From the NCBI RefSeq assembly GCF_963921235.1, contig NC_086097.1:254946001-255010000 (forward strand): DNA of 64,000 bases, in the 5' to 3' direction. The first letter of the stretch is position 1. Each line of letters opens with the position of its first letter. The position numbers were made by a program, and so were the translations under genes. The stretch comes from Mobula hypostoma. Its lineage: Eukaryota. Below the pieces are notes generated by a model, which was not told the DNA's origin, ran no database searches, and saw only the letters and a program-made list of their open reading frames with translations. This document shows, in pieces, positions 21,133 through 34,024 of the stretch.

Positions 21133-21630
21133 TTGACATTTTTTATTCACAGGCACTCGTCTCATTAAATTGCTCTGAAGTTTGGAATGCACAAAAGATA
21201 GGTGTGGCGGAGAGGTAGAGGAACGTGTCTCAGTCAAAGGAAAGGAGGAAATCTGCTGCGTTGAAAGCAGATATGAGGAACAGCCAGCTGGCAGCTGGTG
21301 TTTCAGTAATGCATGAACAGCAGGCGACCATTCAGAGTGAAATCAGTTAAGTGGTCAAAAGGAAATTGCCCTGGACACTGACGGAAATGGGAAAGCGGAG
21401 TAACCTTTGATTTTGACAAGCAAAGAAGATCAAAGAGCTGTGTTGTTGTCGCACCGAGAATGGTGAGCAGCTCGGTGATGTGCGTCATCCGGTCGCCTGC
21501 GGCCCCTAGTGTTGGAAGGGCTAGATATTGCAATTGGCAGGCTGTTGTTGTGAGTCGAAAGACACTAGGATGAAAATCTGCATAATCATTGTCGGTAGGA
21601 GCCAGCCTGGCGAAGCTTGCTGTCGCTTTT

Positions 21631-21716
21631 CCTTCGATAGCTCAGTTGGTAGAGCGGAGGACTGTAGAGGAAATGGAGTCATCCTTAGGTCGCTGGTTCG
21701 AATCCGGCTCGAAGGA
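21631..21716 (+). tRNA. tRNA-Tyr(GTA), intron-containing, intact
   Basis: Consensus sequence. Confidence 0.97.
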
Positions 21717-23274
21717 TCGGGACTTATTTTACTACGCGGATCATCAATTCCGTACTACAGAGATTCTCGCTGGCACAAGACTGCACTCCGAATTGCTCCG
21801 ACTCGTGACGAGGTAGAATACAGAGGCATCTTATCACATAACAGGCAAGGCCAGCAGATCACTGGGTCACATTTCAGAGCGCTATGTCCTCACGCTTGCT
21901 GCTCTGACAGTACGACAACTCTCACTCGTCCTAAAGTAACACAAAGATGGAAATATTAGATTAGATTAGATGATGAGGACACTCAGTCCTCGTTTATTAA
22001 GGCATTTCAGAAGTTTCACCAGATGATCCACCGTGTTCTCATGTCTGCCTCCATCAAATCAGAATTGGGCACGGCCTCCTACTTGACGGATAACATATAT
22101 GCATCAGTGTACAGAGGGAGAGACTGACACAAAGACCCAGATGGAACAAAGGTGACCTCTTCGTTGGAAGATATTTAGCAATCAGTCTAGGTTGAGTGAT
22201 TCCAAACTGCACGAGCAAGGGATTGCAGAATCCGAATTTAGACGCATCGCTGGAGGGCACCGTTGAAAAAGAAGGCAGATGACGACGTTGTTATCGGCCT
22301 TACGTCGTTTCCATACATCCGCTGAGGTGCACATCGGCTCATCTGTGTGGTGACACAGGTCGGGAGAAAATCCTTCATATTTCTGCAAGAGCTTTGAAGT
22401 GAGGACTGTGAAACAGAAGAGGCAGATGTGCGTTAAGTGTGGAGGAACATGAAATTGCAGCGCCCTGCACAAGCGAGCTCTTGCAAGACCTGGTTTGTCG
22501 TGTGCGTATGTCTGCAGTGTGTTGTGCCTCCTATCATCGTCCAGGAGAGAGGCAAATCGTCCATTGATGATGGAATTCAGTCATTGAGCTTTTCCGCTGA
22601 TTTGTCATTTGGCTGTAGTTTTCCAAAAGTGTCGGAGAATGCGGCAACGAAATAGGCAGGAACGGCAGATCCGAGTATGCTCTCTTTGATAGCAGTGTAG
22701 AATTCCAGCAGAATGTTGAGTGGTACATGGAGCTTTACAACCTGCCAGAAGAAATGGATGACGCGGACAACTCCTTGGTTCATGATGAAGTTCTGCTTCT
22801 GACACATGAGGTCCCGCCGGGGCGTAATAGTACAGGAACTCTGAATTGTAAAGGTTGCTAACTGTGGTGTTGCTTGTGATATGTGGGTGTTGACGGGACA
22901 GATTTCAGCAGAGGTGAATACGCATGTTCACGGAAGCGATGCATTACACGTTATGTTTCGGTGTCTCCGTGAGGAAGTGATTGTACGCCGAATGTTTGTC
23001 ACTACATTTAAGTGGAGATATCAATTCTAACCTCAATAACAATCGGTTGTAAAAATAGAAGGATAATTCTTTGCATGCTGGAGAATGAATTGTCGTTCGG
23101 GGAAATGAAAGGTGACAGGGGCAGAGAACGACCGTATGTGTGTCTGAGTGGTTGGTTGATGATTTAGTGAGTGTGTCTGTGTGTGAGCTGATGATTGTGG
23201 AACGGTGAGAAGTGGCAGGCATGCAATGGTGCTTGTGGCGCAGAGCAAATTACAGGAAGGGAACTGGATGTGCT

Positions 23275-23299
23275 GGGGAATTAGCTCAAATGGTAGAGC
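23275..23299 (+). pseudogene. Truncated tRNA-Ala (first 25 nt only)
   Basis: GGGGAATTAGCTCAAATGGTAGAGC joined directly to a Penelope-like terminus. Confidence 0.9.
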
Positions 23300-24084
23300 A
23301 AACAACAGGAATTCTGCAGATGCTGGAAATTCAAGCAACATACATCAAATTTGCTGGTGAACGCAGCAGGCCAAGCAGCATCTGTAGGAAGAGGTGCAGT
23401 CGACGTTTCAGGCCGAGACCCTTCGTCAGGACTAACTGAAGGAAGAGTGAGTAAGGGATTTGAAAGTTGGAGGGGGAGGGGGAGATCCAAAATGATTGGA
23501 GAAGACAGGAGGGGGAGGGATAGAGCCGAGAGCTGGACAGGTGATAGGCAAAAGGGGATACGAGAAGATTATAGGACAGGAGGTCCGGGAAGAAAGACGG
23601 GGGGGGGTGACCCAGAGGATGGGCAAGAGGTATATTCAGAGGGACAGAGGGAGAAACAGGAGAGTGAGAGAAAGAATGTTTGCATAAAAATTAGTAACAG
23701 ATGGGGTCCGAGGGGGAGGTGGGGCCTTAGCGGAAGTTAGAGAAGTCGATGTTCATGCCATCAGGTTGGAGGCTACCCAGACGGAATATAAGGTGTTGTT
23801 CCTCCAACCTGAGTGTGGCTTCATCTTTACAGTAGAGGAGGCCGTGGATAGACATGTCAGAATGGGAATGGGATGTGGAATTAAAATGTGTGGCCACTGG
23901 CAGATCCTGCTTTCTCTGGCGGACAGAGCGTAGCTGTTCAGCAAACCGGACTCCCAGTCTGCGTCGGGTCTCGCCAATAAATAAGAGGCCACATCAGGAG
24001 CATCGGACACAGTATATCACCCCAGTCGACTCACAGGTGAAGTGTTGTCTGCTGCGTTCACCAGCAACTTTGATGTGTGTTGCT
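23298..24084 (-). mobile_element. Penelope-like element 3' fragment with short inverted end
   Basis: GIY-YIG remnant (~23728-24048, with an in-frame stop), hammerhead, and inverted terminal piece ~24049-24084. Confidence 0.9.
23398..23433 (-). ncRNA. Minimal type I hammerhead ribozyme
   Basis: Same 36-nt motif as 9151-9186. Confidence 0.85.
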
Positions 24085-24399
24085 TCTCGGTGGCACAAGA
24101 CTGCAGTCCGAATTGCTCCGACTCGTGACGGGATAGAATACAGAGGCATCTAATCACATTACAGGCAAGGCCAGCAGATCACTGGATCACATTTCAGAGC
24201 GCTTTGTCCTCACGCTTGCTGCTCTGACAGTACGACAAATCTCACTCGTCCTAAAATAACACAAAAATAGAAATATTAGATTGGATATAATTAGATGATG
24301 AGAACACTCAGTCTTCGTTTACTGTAATTTTAAAATACATGCGTTAAAATATGATAGCATGTTCCTCCGGTATGATATCACAGAAACACAAGACAGATT

Positions 24400-25110
24400 T
24401 GAACATCAGTCACTGAAAGTAAGCATGCAAGTACAGCAGGCAGTGAAGAAAACTAATGTCATGCTGGCCTTCATAACAAGGGGAATTGAGTAGAGGAGCA
24501 AAGAGGTCCTTCTGCAGCTGTACAGGGCCCTGGTGAGACCACGCCTGGAGTACTGTGTGCAGTTTTGGTCTCCAAATCTGAGGAAGGACATTCTTGCTAT
24601 TGAGGGAGTGCAGCGTAGGTTCACAAGGTTAATTCCCGGGATGGTGGGACAGTCATATGTTGAAAGATTGGAGGGACTGGGCTTGTATACACTGGAATTT
24701 AGAAGGATGAGAGGGCATCTGATTGAAATATATAAGATTATTAAGGGATTGGGCACGCTACACGCAGGAAGCGTGTTCCCGCTGATGGGTGAGTCGAGAA
24801 CCAAAGGCCAAAGTTTAAGAATTAGGGGTAGGCCATTTAGAACGGAGTTGAGGAAGAAATTTTTCACACATAGAGTGGTGGATACACGGAATGCTCTACC
24901 CCAGAAGGCTGTGGAGGCCAAGTCTCTGAATGCTTTCAAGAAAGAGATGGATAGAGCTCTTAAAGATAGCGCTATCAAAGATTATGGGGATAAGGCAGGA
25001 ACTGGATACAGATTGTGGATGATCGGCCATGATCACAGTGAATGGCGGTGCTGGCTCGAAGGGCGGAATGCTCTACTTCTGCATCTATTATCTATTGCCC
25101 ATTGTCTATT
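24400..25110 (+). mobile_element. CR1 3' fragment, uninterrupted (no mini-Rex1)
   Basis: ORF 24533-25156 reads through GHLIEIYKIIKGL, the point that is split in other units. Confidence 0.9.
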
Positions 25111-26680
25111 GACCAAGACTAAAATTGACAAAAAAGCACATAATTCTACCAAATAGTTACAACAGTGCAAAGTAATACCATAATTTGATAAGAGCAGACC
25201 ATGGGCACCGAAAAAAAAGTTTGCAAGACCTGATGGCCTCATCATCTCACGCAGACGCTAGAAGGAAGAAACTCCCACTGCCTTGAGCTTCCTGCTGATA
25301 CAGCATTCTGGAAGCACCCGCCCACAGTCCTATTCTGAGTCCGTCCGAAAACTTGGATCTTCCGACCCGTCCTCCGACACCGAGCACCGAGTACCATCTC
25401 TGCCGAGCGCATCGACCCTGATCCCAGCCGCTAAGCAACAGGCAAAGCCGAGGATTCAGAATATTCCCGTCCGGAGATTTCGGATCACACATAGCAGCGG
25501 CAGCGAAGCAGGCATTTCAGAAGTTTCACCAGATGTTGCTCCGTGCTCTCACGTCTGCCGCCATCAAATCAGAATTGTGCACGGCCTCCTACTTGACAGG
25601 TAACAGATATTCATAAGCGGAGAGGCCGGGCGTAGCAAGTGTACAGAGGTAGAGACCGACACAAAGGCCCAGATGGAACATCGGTGACCTCTTCGTTGGA
25701 AGACATTTAGCAATCAGTCTAGGTTGAGCGATTCTAAACTGCACGAGGAAGGGTTGTCAGAATCTGAATTCCGGCGCAGCGTTTGAGGGCACCGTTGAAA
25801 ACGAAGGCAGCTGACGACATTGTTAACGGCCTTATGTCGTTTCCATATATCCGCTGAGTTGCAATGAGGCTCAACTAATGTGGTGGCACAAGTCGGGAGA
25901 AAAATCTCCATATTTCTGCAAGAGGTTTGAAGTGGGAGCTGTAAACAGAAGAGGCAGATGTGCATTAAGTGTACAGGAGCATGAAATTGGATCGTCCTGC
26001 ACAAGCGAGCTCTTGGAACAGCAGGTTTGCAGTGTGCGTATGTCTGCAGTGTGTTGTCCCTCCTATCATCGACCCGGAGAGAAGCAAATCGTCCCGTGAT
26101 GATGGAATTCAGTCATTGAGCTGTTCAGCTCATTTGTCATTTGGCTGTACTTTTCCAAAAGTGTCGGAGAATGCGGCAACGAAATCGGCAGGTATGGCGG
26201 ATTCGAGATTGCTCCTTTGAGTGCAGTGTAGATTTCCACCAGAATGTTGAGTCGTAGATGGAGTTTTACAATCTGCCAGAAGAGATGAATGACGCGGCCA
26301 TCTACTTGGTTCATGAAGATGTTCTGCTTCTGACACAGAATTCCCGCCGGAGCGTAATGATCCAGGAAAGGTGAATGCGGAAATGTTGCTAACAGTGGTG
26401 TTTTTGGTGATATGTGGGTGTTGGGGGCCAGATTTCAGATACCGTGAATATGCATGTTCACGGAAGCGACGCATTACACGGTATGTTTCGACGTCTCTGT
26501 GAGGAAGTGATTGTACGCCGAATGTTTGTCGCTGCATTGAAGTGGAGATATCAATTCCAACTGCAATAACAATCGGATGTAAAAATAGAAGGATAATTCT
26601 TTGCATGCGATAGAATGAATTGTAGTTTGGGAACATGAAAGGTGAGAGTGGCAGAGAGCGACCGTATGTGTGTCTGAGTG

Positions 26681-26871
26681 CAAACAACAGGAATTCTGCA
26701 GATGCTGGAAATTCAAGCAACATACATCAAAGTTGCTGGTGAACGCAGCAGGCCAGGCAGCATCGATAGGAAGAGGCCTGACGAAGGGTCTCGGCCTGAA
26801 ACGTCGACTGCGCCTCTTCCTATAGATGCTGCTTGGCCTGCTGCGTTCACCAGCAACTTTGATGTATGTTG
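26681..26871. mobile_element. Fold-back Penelope-like terminal fragment with central hammerhead core
   Basis: ~60-bp inverted arms around CTGACGA..GAAACGTC; flanking duplication TGTGTCTGAGTG. Confidence 0.85.
26777..26809 (+). ncRNA. Hammerhead ribozyme core with altered stem I
   Basis: CCTGACGAAGGGTCTCGGCCTGAAACGTCGACT; 5' strand of stem I is AGGC rather than AGTC. Confidence 0.65.
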
Positions 26872-27061
26872 TGTGTCTGAGTGGTTGGTTGATGATTGAG
26901 TGAGTGTGTCTGTGTGTGAGCTGATCATTTTGGCCCCTAGTGCTGGAGGGACTAGATAGTACAATTGGCAGGCTGTTGCTCTGGGTCGAGAGACACCAGG
27001 ATGAAAATCTGCATAATCATTGTCGGTAGGAGCCAACGTGGCGAAGCTTGGTGTCGCTTTT

Positions 27062-27147
27062 CCTTCGATAGCTCAGTTGGTAGAGCAGAGGACTGTAGAG
27101 GAAATGGAGTCATCCTTAGGTCGCTGGTTCGAATCCGGCTCGAAGGA
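27062..27147 (+). tRNA. tRNA-Tyr(GTA), intron-containing (G26>A); partner Ala gene deleted
   Basis: GAGCAGAGG variant; the upstream Ala block is missing at a junction near 26930. Confidence 0.92.
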
Positions 27148-27539
27148 TCGGGACTTCTTTTACTCGGCCGATCATCAATTCCGTACTACGGAGCTTCTCG
27201 GTGGCACAAGACTGCAGTCCGAATTGCTCCGACTCGTGACGGGATAGAATACAGAGGCATCTAATTACAGAACTGGCAAGGCCAGCTGATCACTGGGTCA
27301 CATTTCAGAGCGCTATGTCCTCATGATTGCTGCTCTGACACGACGACAACCATGACTCGTCCCAAGGTAACACAGAGATGTATATATTACATTAGATTAG
27401 ATTAGGTTATGACGACATTCAGTCCTCATTCTTTTAAATCAACTTACAGTACATTAAAAGCTGATACAATGTTCCTCCGGTATGATATCACAAAAACACA
27501 AGAATACCAAGACTAAAAGTGACAAAATCCACATAATTC

Positions 27540-29364
27540 AAAGAGCTTTTACAAGTATATTAAGAGCAAAAGGATTGTAAGGGGTAAAATTGGTCCTCTT
27601 GAAGATCAGAGTGGTCGGCTTTGTGCAGAACCAAAGGAAATGGGGGAGATCTTAAATAGGTTTTTTGCGTCTGTATTTACTAAGGAAGCTGGTATGAAAT
27701 CTATGGAATTGAGGGAATGAAGTAGTGAGACCATGGCAACTGTACAGATTGAAAAGGAAGAGGTGCTTGCTGTCTTGAGGAAAATTAAAGTGGATAAATC
27801 CCCATGACCTGACAGGGTGTTCCCTCGGACCTTGAAGGAGAGTAGTGTTGAAATTGCGTGGGCCCTGGTAGAAATATTTAAAATGTCGCTGTCTACGGGT
27901 GAAGTGCCGGAGGATTGGAGAGTGGCTCATGTTGTTCCGTTGTTTAAAAAAGGATCGAAAAGTAATCCGGGAAACTATAGGCCGGTGAGTTTAACGTGAG
28001 TAGTAGGTAAGTTATTGGAGGGAGTACTAAGAGACAGAATCTACAAGCATTTGGATAGACAGGGGCTTATTAGGGAGAGTCAACATGGCTTTGTGCGTGG
28101 TACGTCATGTTTGACCAATCTGTTGGAGTTTTTCGAGGAGTTTACCAGGAAAGTGGATTAAGGGAATGCAGTGGATATTGTCTACATGGACTTCAGTAAG
28201 GCCTTTGACAAGGTGCCGCACGGGAGGTTAGTTAGGAAAATTCAGTCGCTAGGTATACATGGAGAGGTGGTAAATTGGATTGGACAGTGGCTCAATGGAA
28301 GAAGCCAAAGAGTGGTGGTAGAAAATTGCTTCTCTGAGTGGAGGCCTGTGACTAGTGGTGTGCCACAGGGATCAGTGCTGGGTCCATTGTTAATTGTCAT
28401 CTATATCAATGATCTGGATGATAATGTGGTAAATTGGATCAGCAAGTTCGTTGATGATACAAAGATCGGAGGTGTAGTAGACAATGAGGAAGGTTTTCAG
28501 AGCCTGCAGAGGGACTTGGACCAGCTGGAAAAATGGGCTGAAAAATGACAGTTGGAGTTTAATACAGACAAGTATGAGGTATTTCACTTTGGAAGGACAA
28601 ACCAAGGCAGAACATACAAGGTTAATGGTAAGACACTGAGGAGTGCAGTGGAACAGAGGGATCTGGGAATACAGATACAAAATTCCCTAAAAGTGGCGTC
28701 ACAGGTAGATAGAGTCGTAAAGAGAGCTTTTGGTACATTGGCCTTTATTAATCGTAATATTGAGTATAAGAGCTGGAATGTTATGATGAGGTTGTATAAG
28801 GCATTGGTGAGGCCGAATCTGGAGTATTGTGTTCAGTTTTGGTCACCAAATTACAGGAAGGATATAAATACGGTTGAAAGAGTGCAGAGAAGGTTTACAA
28901 GGATGTTGCCGGGACTTGAGAAACTCAGTTACAGAGAAAGGTTGAATAGGTTAGGACTTTATTCCCTGGAGCGTAGAAGAATGAGGGGAGATTTGATAGA
29001 GGTATATAAAATTATGATGGGTATAGATAGAGTGAATGCAAGCAGGCTTTTTCTACTGAGGCAAGGGGAGAAATAAACCAGAGAATTTGGGTTAAGGGTG
29101 AGGGAGGAAAAGTTTAAAGGGAACATTAGTGGGGGCTTCTTCACACAGAGAGTGGTGGGAGTATGGAATGAGCTGCCAGCCGAGGTGGTAAATGCGGCTC
29201 TTTTTAACATTTAAGAACAAATTGGACAGATACATGGATGGGAGTTGTATGGAGGGATATGGTCCGTGTGCAGGTCAGTGGGACTAGGCAGAAAATGGTT
29301 CGGCACAGCCAAGAAGGGCCAAAGGGCCTGTTTCTGTGCTGTAGTTTCTATGGTTCTATGGTTC
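27540..29364 (+). mobile_element. 5'-truncated CR1 of a different subfamily, RT region with stop codons
   Basis: PGNYRPVSLT, YMDFSKAFDKVPH, GVPQGSVLGP, KFVDDTK; tail (TATGGTTC)n; TAATTC duplication at 27534-27539 and 29365-29370. Confidence 0.93.
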
Positions 29365-30784
29365 TAATTCTACCATATAGTTAAGCGGTGCAAAGCAATA
29401 CCGCAATTTGATAAGAGCAGACCACGGGCACGGAAAAAAAAAGTCTCAAAGACCCGATTGACTCGTCATCTCACGCAGACCGTAGAAGGAAGAAAATCCC
29501 CCTGCCATGAGCTTCCAGCAGCTCAAACTTGACGATGCAGCGTCCTGGAAGCACCGGACCACAGTCCAAAATCTGAGTCCGTCCGAAAACTTCCAGCCTC
29601 CGACCAGCGCTCCGAAACCGAGCACCGAGCAACCTCTCTGCCGAACGTTTCCACCCGGGCCCTGGCCGCCAAACAACAGGCAAAGCCGAGAATTCGGGGC
29701 ATTTCCCTCCGGAGATTTCCGATTACACAGTAGCCGCGGCAGCGAAGCAGGCATTTCAGAAGTTTCACCAGAGGTTCCTCCGTGCGTCACGTCCGCCTCC
29801 ATCAATGCGGAATTGTGCACGGCCTCCTACCTCACAGATAACAGATATGCATCACCGGAGAGGCCGCGTGTAGCAAGTGTACAGAGGAAGAGACCGACAC
29901 AAAGGCCCAGATGGAACATCGGTGACCTCTTCGTTTGAAAACATTTAGCAATCAGTCTAGGATGAGCGATTCCAAACTGCACGAGCAAGGGATGCCAGAA
30001 TCTGAATTTCGGCTGATCGTTGGAGGGCACGGTTGAAAGCGAAGGCAGCTGACGGCATTGCCATCGCCCTTATGTCGTTTCCATATATCCGTTGAGATGG
30101 AATTCGGCTCATCTGTGTGGTGGCGCAAGTCCGGAGCAAAATCTTCATAATTCTGCAATTGATTTGAAGTATGAAACAGAAGAGTTAGATGTGCATTAGG
30201 TGTACAGCAACATGAAATTGGAGCGCCCTGCAGAAGCGAGGTCTTGGAACAGGAGGTTTGCAATGTGCAGATGTCTGCAGTTTTGTCCCTCCTATCATCG
30301 TCCCGGAGAGAGGCAAATCGTCCATTGATGATGGAATTCAGTCATTGAGCTTTTCAGCTGATTTGTCATTTGGTTGCACTTTTCCAAAAGTGTCGTAGAA
30401 TGCGGCAACGAAATAGACGGGAACGGCAGATCCGAGAATGCTCTGTTTGATAGCAGTGTAAAATTTCAGGAGAATGTTGTGTCGTTGATGCAGTTCTACA
30501 ATCTGCCAGAAGAAGTGGATGACGTGGCCATTGCCTTGGTTCATGAAGATGTTCTGCTTCTGACACACGAGATCACTCCGTGGCGTATTAATACAGGAAA
30601 GGTGAATGTGGGAAGGTTGCTAACAGTGGTGCTGTTGGTGATATGTTGGTGTTGAGGGGCCCGATTTCAGCTGAGGGGCATCTGCATGTTCACGGAAGCG
30701 ACGCGTTGCACGGTATGTTTCGGTGTCTCCATGAGGAAGTGATTTTACGCCGAATTTTTGTCGCTACTTTGAAGTCTAGATATC

Positions 30785-31771
30785 TGTTATAGTCCGGTCC
30801 GTGATGTCGATATTCCGATTCACGGTCCGATTCATCGACCCTTGTTCTAGGTTTCCTCTCTACCCTGTTTCTGTCCTTGTTGAGATAATTGCGGCAGCTG
30901 ATTCTCGTTGGGGCTGGCTGCATAAATACCTTCAGAGACCAGGGCGTGGTTGCTGGATTGTTCTTGTCTTAACACCTTGTATCCCTTCCTCTGCCTTCTG
31001 TTTCCTCTCCTGAAGCCCTGCCCTGTCTTGCTGGAAACGCTCGCCTTGTTTTGCTGGAAACGCTCGCCTTGTTTTGATGGAAACGCTCGCCTTGTCTTGC
31101 TGGAAACACTGGTCTTGCCTTGCTGGAAACCATCGCCTCGTCATGCCTGCAGTCTTGTACTGTAGACGCCCTGTTCCTAGCTCACTTCCTATCCCTTGCC
31201 TCCGCCCAGGTAAGCCAGGCATGTCTTGCCGTTACCTGGGGTTGATCCTGTCCCGTCCTGTCCCTTGCCTCTGCTGGGTGGTGATCCGCGCCCTGCCCAT
31301 GAGGAACCTGCTAAGCCTCGCCTCAAGTCTGCAGCCTCCAGCCTCGCCTTGCCTCAAGTCTCCGGCCTTCCGCCTCGCTTTTCCTCAAGTCTCCGGCCTC
31401 CAGCCTCGACTCGCCTCAAGTCTACGGCCTCCAGTCTCCAGCCTCGCCTCGCCTCAAGTCCCGTGCCTCCAGTCTACAGCCTCGCCTCGCCTCAAGTCTC
31501 AAGTCTCAGGTCTCGTCCCGCCTGCCTGCCAAGACTCGTCCTTGCCTGGTTCTGGGGCCGAGCCAGAGGCAAGACTCAGGTACTGGGTCCTTATGCAGTC
31601 TCTGGCTCGGAGTCCAAGCTCGGGCACCTGGCTCCCTTGTTCAGTCCTGTTCCAGGTTCCTGGTTTTCCTGTCCATGTCCTTCCCATCGCCCTGTATCCT
31701 AGTCCTGTCCCTAGTAGTTCAGTGTCTGTGTCTGGCACTTGGGTCCGTTACCAGCCCGTGCCCGGATGACA
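30785..31771. mobile_element. Solo-LTR-like element
   Basis: TGTTATA...GACA ends; ATATC TSD. Confidence 0.75.
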
Positions 31772-32033
31772 ATATCAATTCCAACTGCCGTCACAATCGG
31801 TTTGTAAAAATAGACAGAAGTATAATTCTTTGCATGCGGGAGAATGAATTGTCGTTTGGGGACATGAAAGGTGACAGGGGCAGAGAGCGACCGTATGTGT
31901 GTCTGAGTGGTTGGTTGATGATTGAGTGAGTGTGTCTGTGTGTGAGCTGATGATTGTGCAACGGTATTCAGCGGCAGGCATGCAATGGTGCTTGTGGCGC
32001 TGAGCAAATTACAGGAAGTGAACCGGATGTGCT

Positions 32034-32106
32034 GGGGAATTAGCTCAAATGGTAGAGCGCTCGCTTAGCATGCGAGAGGTAGCGATTTCGATGCTCGCAT
32101 TCTCCA
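32034..32106 (+). tRNA. tRNA-Ala(AGC), T-arm variant
   Basis: GCGATTTCGATG instead of GCGAGATCGATG; G53:C61 pair broken. Confidence 0.8.
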
Positions 32107-32613
32107 TTGACATTTTGTATCCAGAGCAACTCATCTGATTGAATTGCTCTGAAGTTTGGAATGCACAAAATATAGGAACGGCGGAGAGGGACATGAACGT
32201 GTCTCAGTCAAAGGAAAGGGGGAAATGTCGTAGGTCTCCTGCGTTAAAGGCAGATACGAGGAAAAGGTAGCTGGCAGCTGGTGTTTCACTAATGCATGAG
32301 CTGCAGGCGACCATTCAGAGAGAAATCAGTTCAGTGGTCAAAAGGAAATTGCCCTGGGCACTGGGCGAAATGAGAAAGCGGAGTAGCCGTTGATTTTGAC
32401 AAGCAAAGAAGATCAAAGAGCTGTGTCGGAGTCGCACCGAGAATGGTGATAAGCTCGGTGATTTGCGTCATGCGGTCGCCTGTGGCCCCTGGTGCTGGAA
32501 GGATTAGATATTACAATTCGCAGGCTCTTGCTCTGGGTGGAGAGAAACTAGGATGAAAATCTGCATAATCATTGTCGGTAGGAGCCAGCCTGGCGAAGCT
32601 TGGTGTCGCTTTT

Positions 32614-32699
32614 CCTTCGATAGCTCAGTTGGTAGAGCGGGGGATTGTAGAGGAAATGGAGTCATCCTTAGGTCGCTGGTTCGAATCCGGCTCGAAGGA
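32614..32699 (+). tRNA. tRNA-Tyr(GTA), anticodon-arm variant
   Basis: GGGGATTGTAG (A28>G, C32>T); intron unchanged. Confidence 0.88.
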
Positions 32700-33214
32700 T
32701 CGGGACTTCTTTTACTACGCCGATCATCAATTCCAGACTACGGAGCTTCTCAGTGGCACAAGACTGCAGTCCGAATTGCTCCGACTCGTGACGGGATAGA
32801 ATACAGAGGCATCTAATCTCAGAACAGGCAAGGCCAGCAGATCACTGGGTCACATTTCAGAGCGCTATGTCCTCACGCTTGCTGCTCTGACAGTACGACA
32901 ACTCTCACTCGTCCTAAAGTAACACAAAGATAGAAATATTAGATTAGATATGATTAGATGATGTAGACACTCAGTCCTCGTTTACTGTAATTTTAAAATA
33001 GCTGTACAGGGCCCTGGTGAGACCAGACCTGCAGTACTGTGTGCTGTTTTGATCTCCAAATTTGAGGATTAACACTCTTGCTAATGACGGAGTGCAGCGC
33101 AGGTTCAGAAGACTAATTTCCCGGATGGCAGGACTGTCATATGTCGAAAGATTGGAGCGACTGGGCTTTTATATTCTGGAATTTAGAAGGCTGAGAGGGG
33201 ATCTTATTGAAACA

Positions 33215-34024
33215 TAGATAGCTAGATAGATACACAGATATACTTTATTAATCCCGAGGGAAATTTGGTTTCGTTACAGCCGCTCCAACGAAAAATAGAG
33301 CGTAAGTATAGCAATACAAAAAACCCCAACAATCAAACACCAAAATGCAAACTATGCCAGATGGAAAATAATTCCAGGACCAGTATATTGGCTCAGGGTG
33401 TCTGACCCTCCACGGAAGGAGCTGCAAGTTCGATGGCCACAGGCAGGAACGACCTCCCGTGCCACCCAGTGTTGTATCACGGTGGAATGTGGCCGAAGTG
33501 CAACAGTAACAAGTTCAATATCTAGTCTGCAAACACGTTCCTCGATCGTAATATACCCCGGATTGTACCATCGTTTGTTAACCAGATCAGTAAGCACCGA
33601 ACTCCTTCATGCTCACCGCTCTCAGTGCACTTGCGGTCAGGCGGAACGGTATTAAACACCGAACTCCTCTTTCGACCCGTTCCTCTTTCCACGGCTTTGT
33701 GATCCCCCTCTGTGTGTTTTCCTCCGGATTTTAGCAGGGGTGTCCACCGCTCTGTTCGCTAAGCCGGCCGGCATTTGATGGTCCGAGAAATACACAATGC
33801 GACCTTGCTTCGGTCCCGCGTGTCGGGATGTAACCATTTCCAGCCCTAAAGAAAACCCAAATAAATCTCTTTCTACCATCACGTTAGAGAGGGTGCAGCA
33901 TCGACGTGTTACCGTGAGGAAGAAAAATACAAAAAAATAACGTAAATTAAAAAGTAAGAAGACGAAAGTGAAAATAGATCTGAACGGCTGTACCGGGCTG
34001 CATGCACGACCGGCGCATGCGCAC
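33215..34024 (-). mobile_element. mini-Rex1 inside a CR1 fragment (CR1 pieces ~33001-33214 and 34025-34277)
   Basis: Same sequence and junctions as 18310-19118. Confidence 0.75.
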
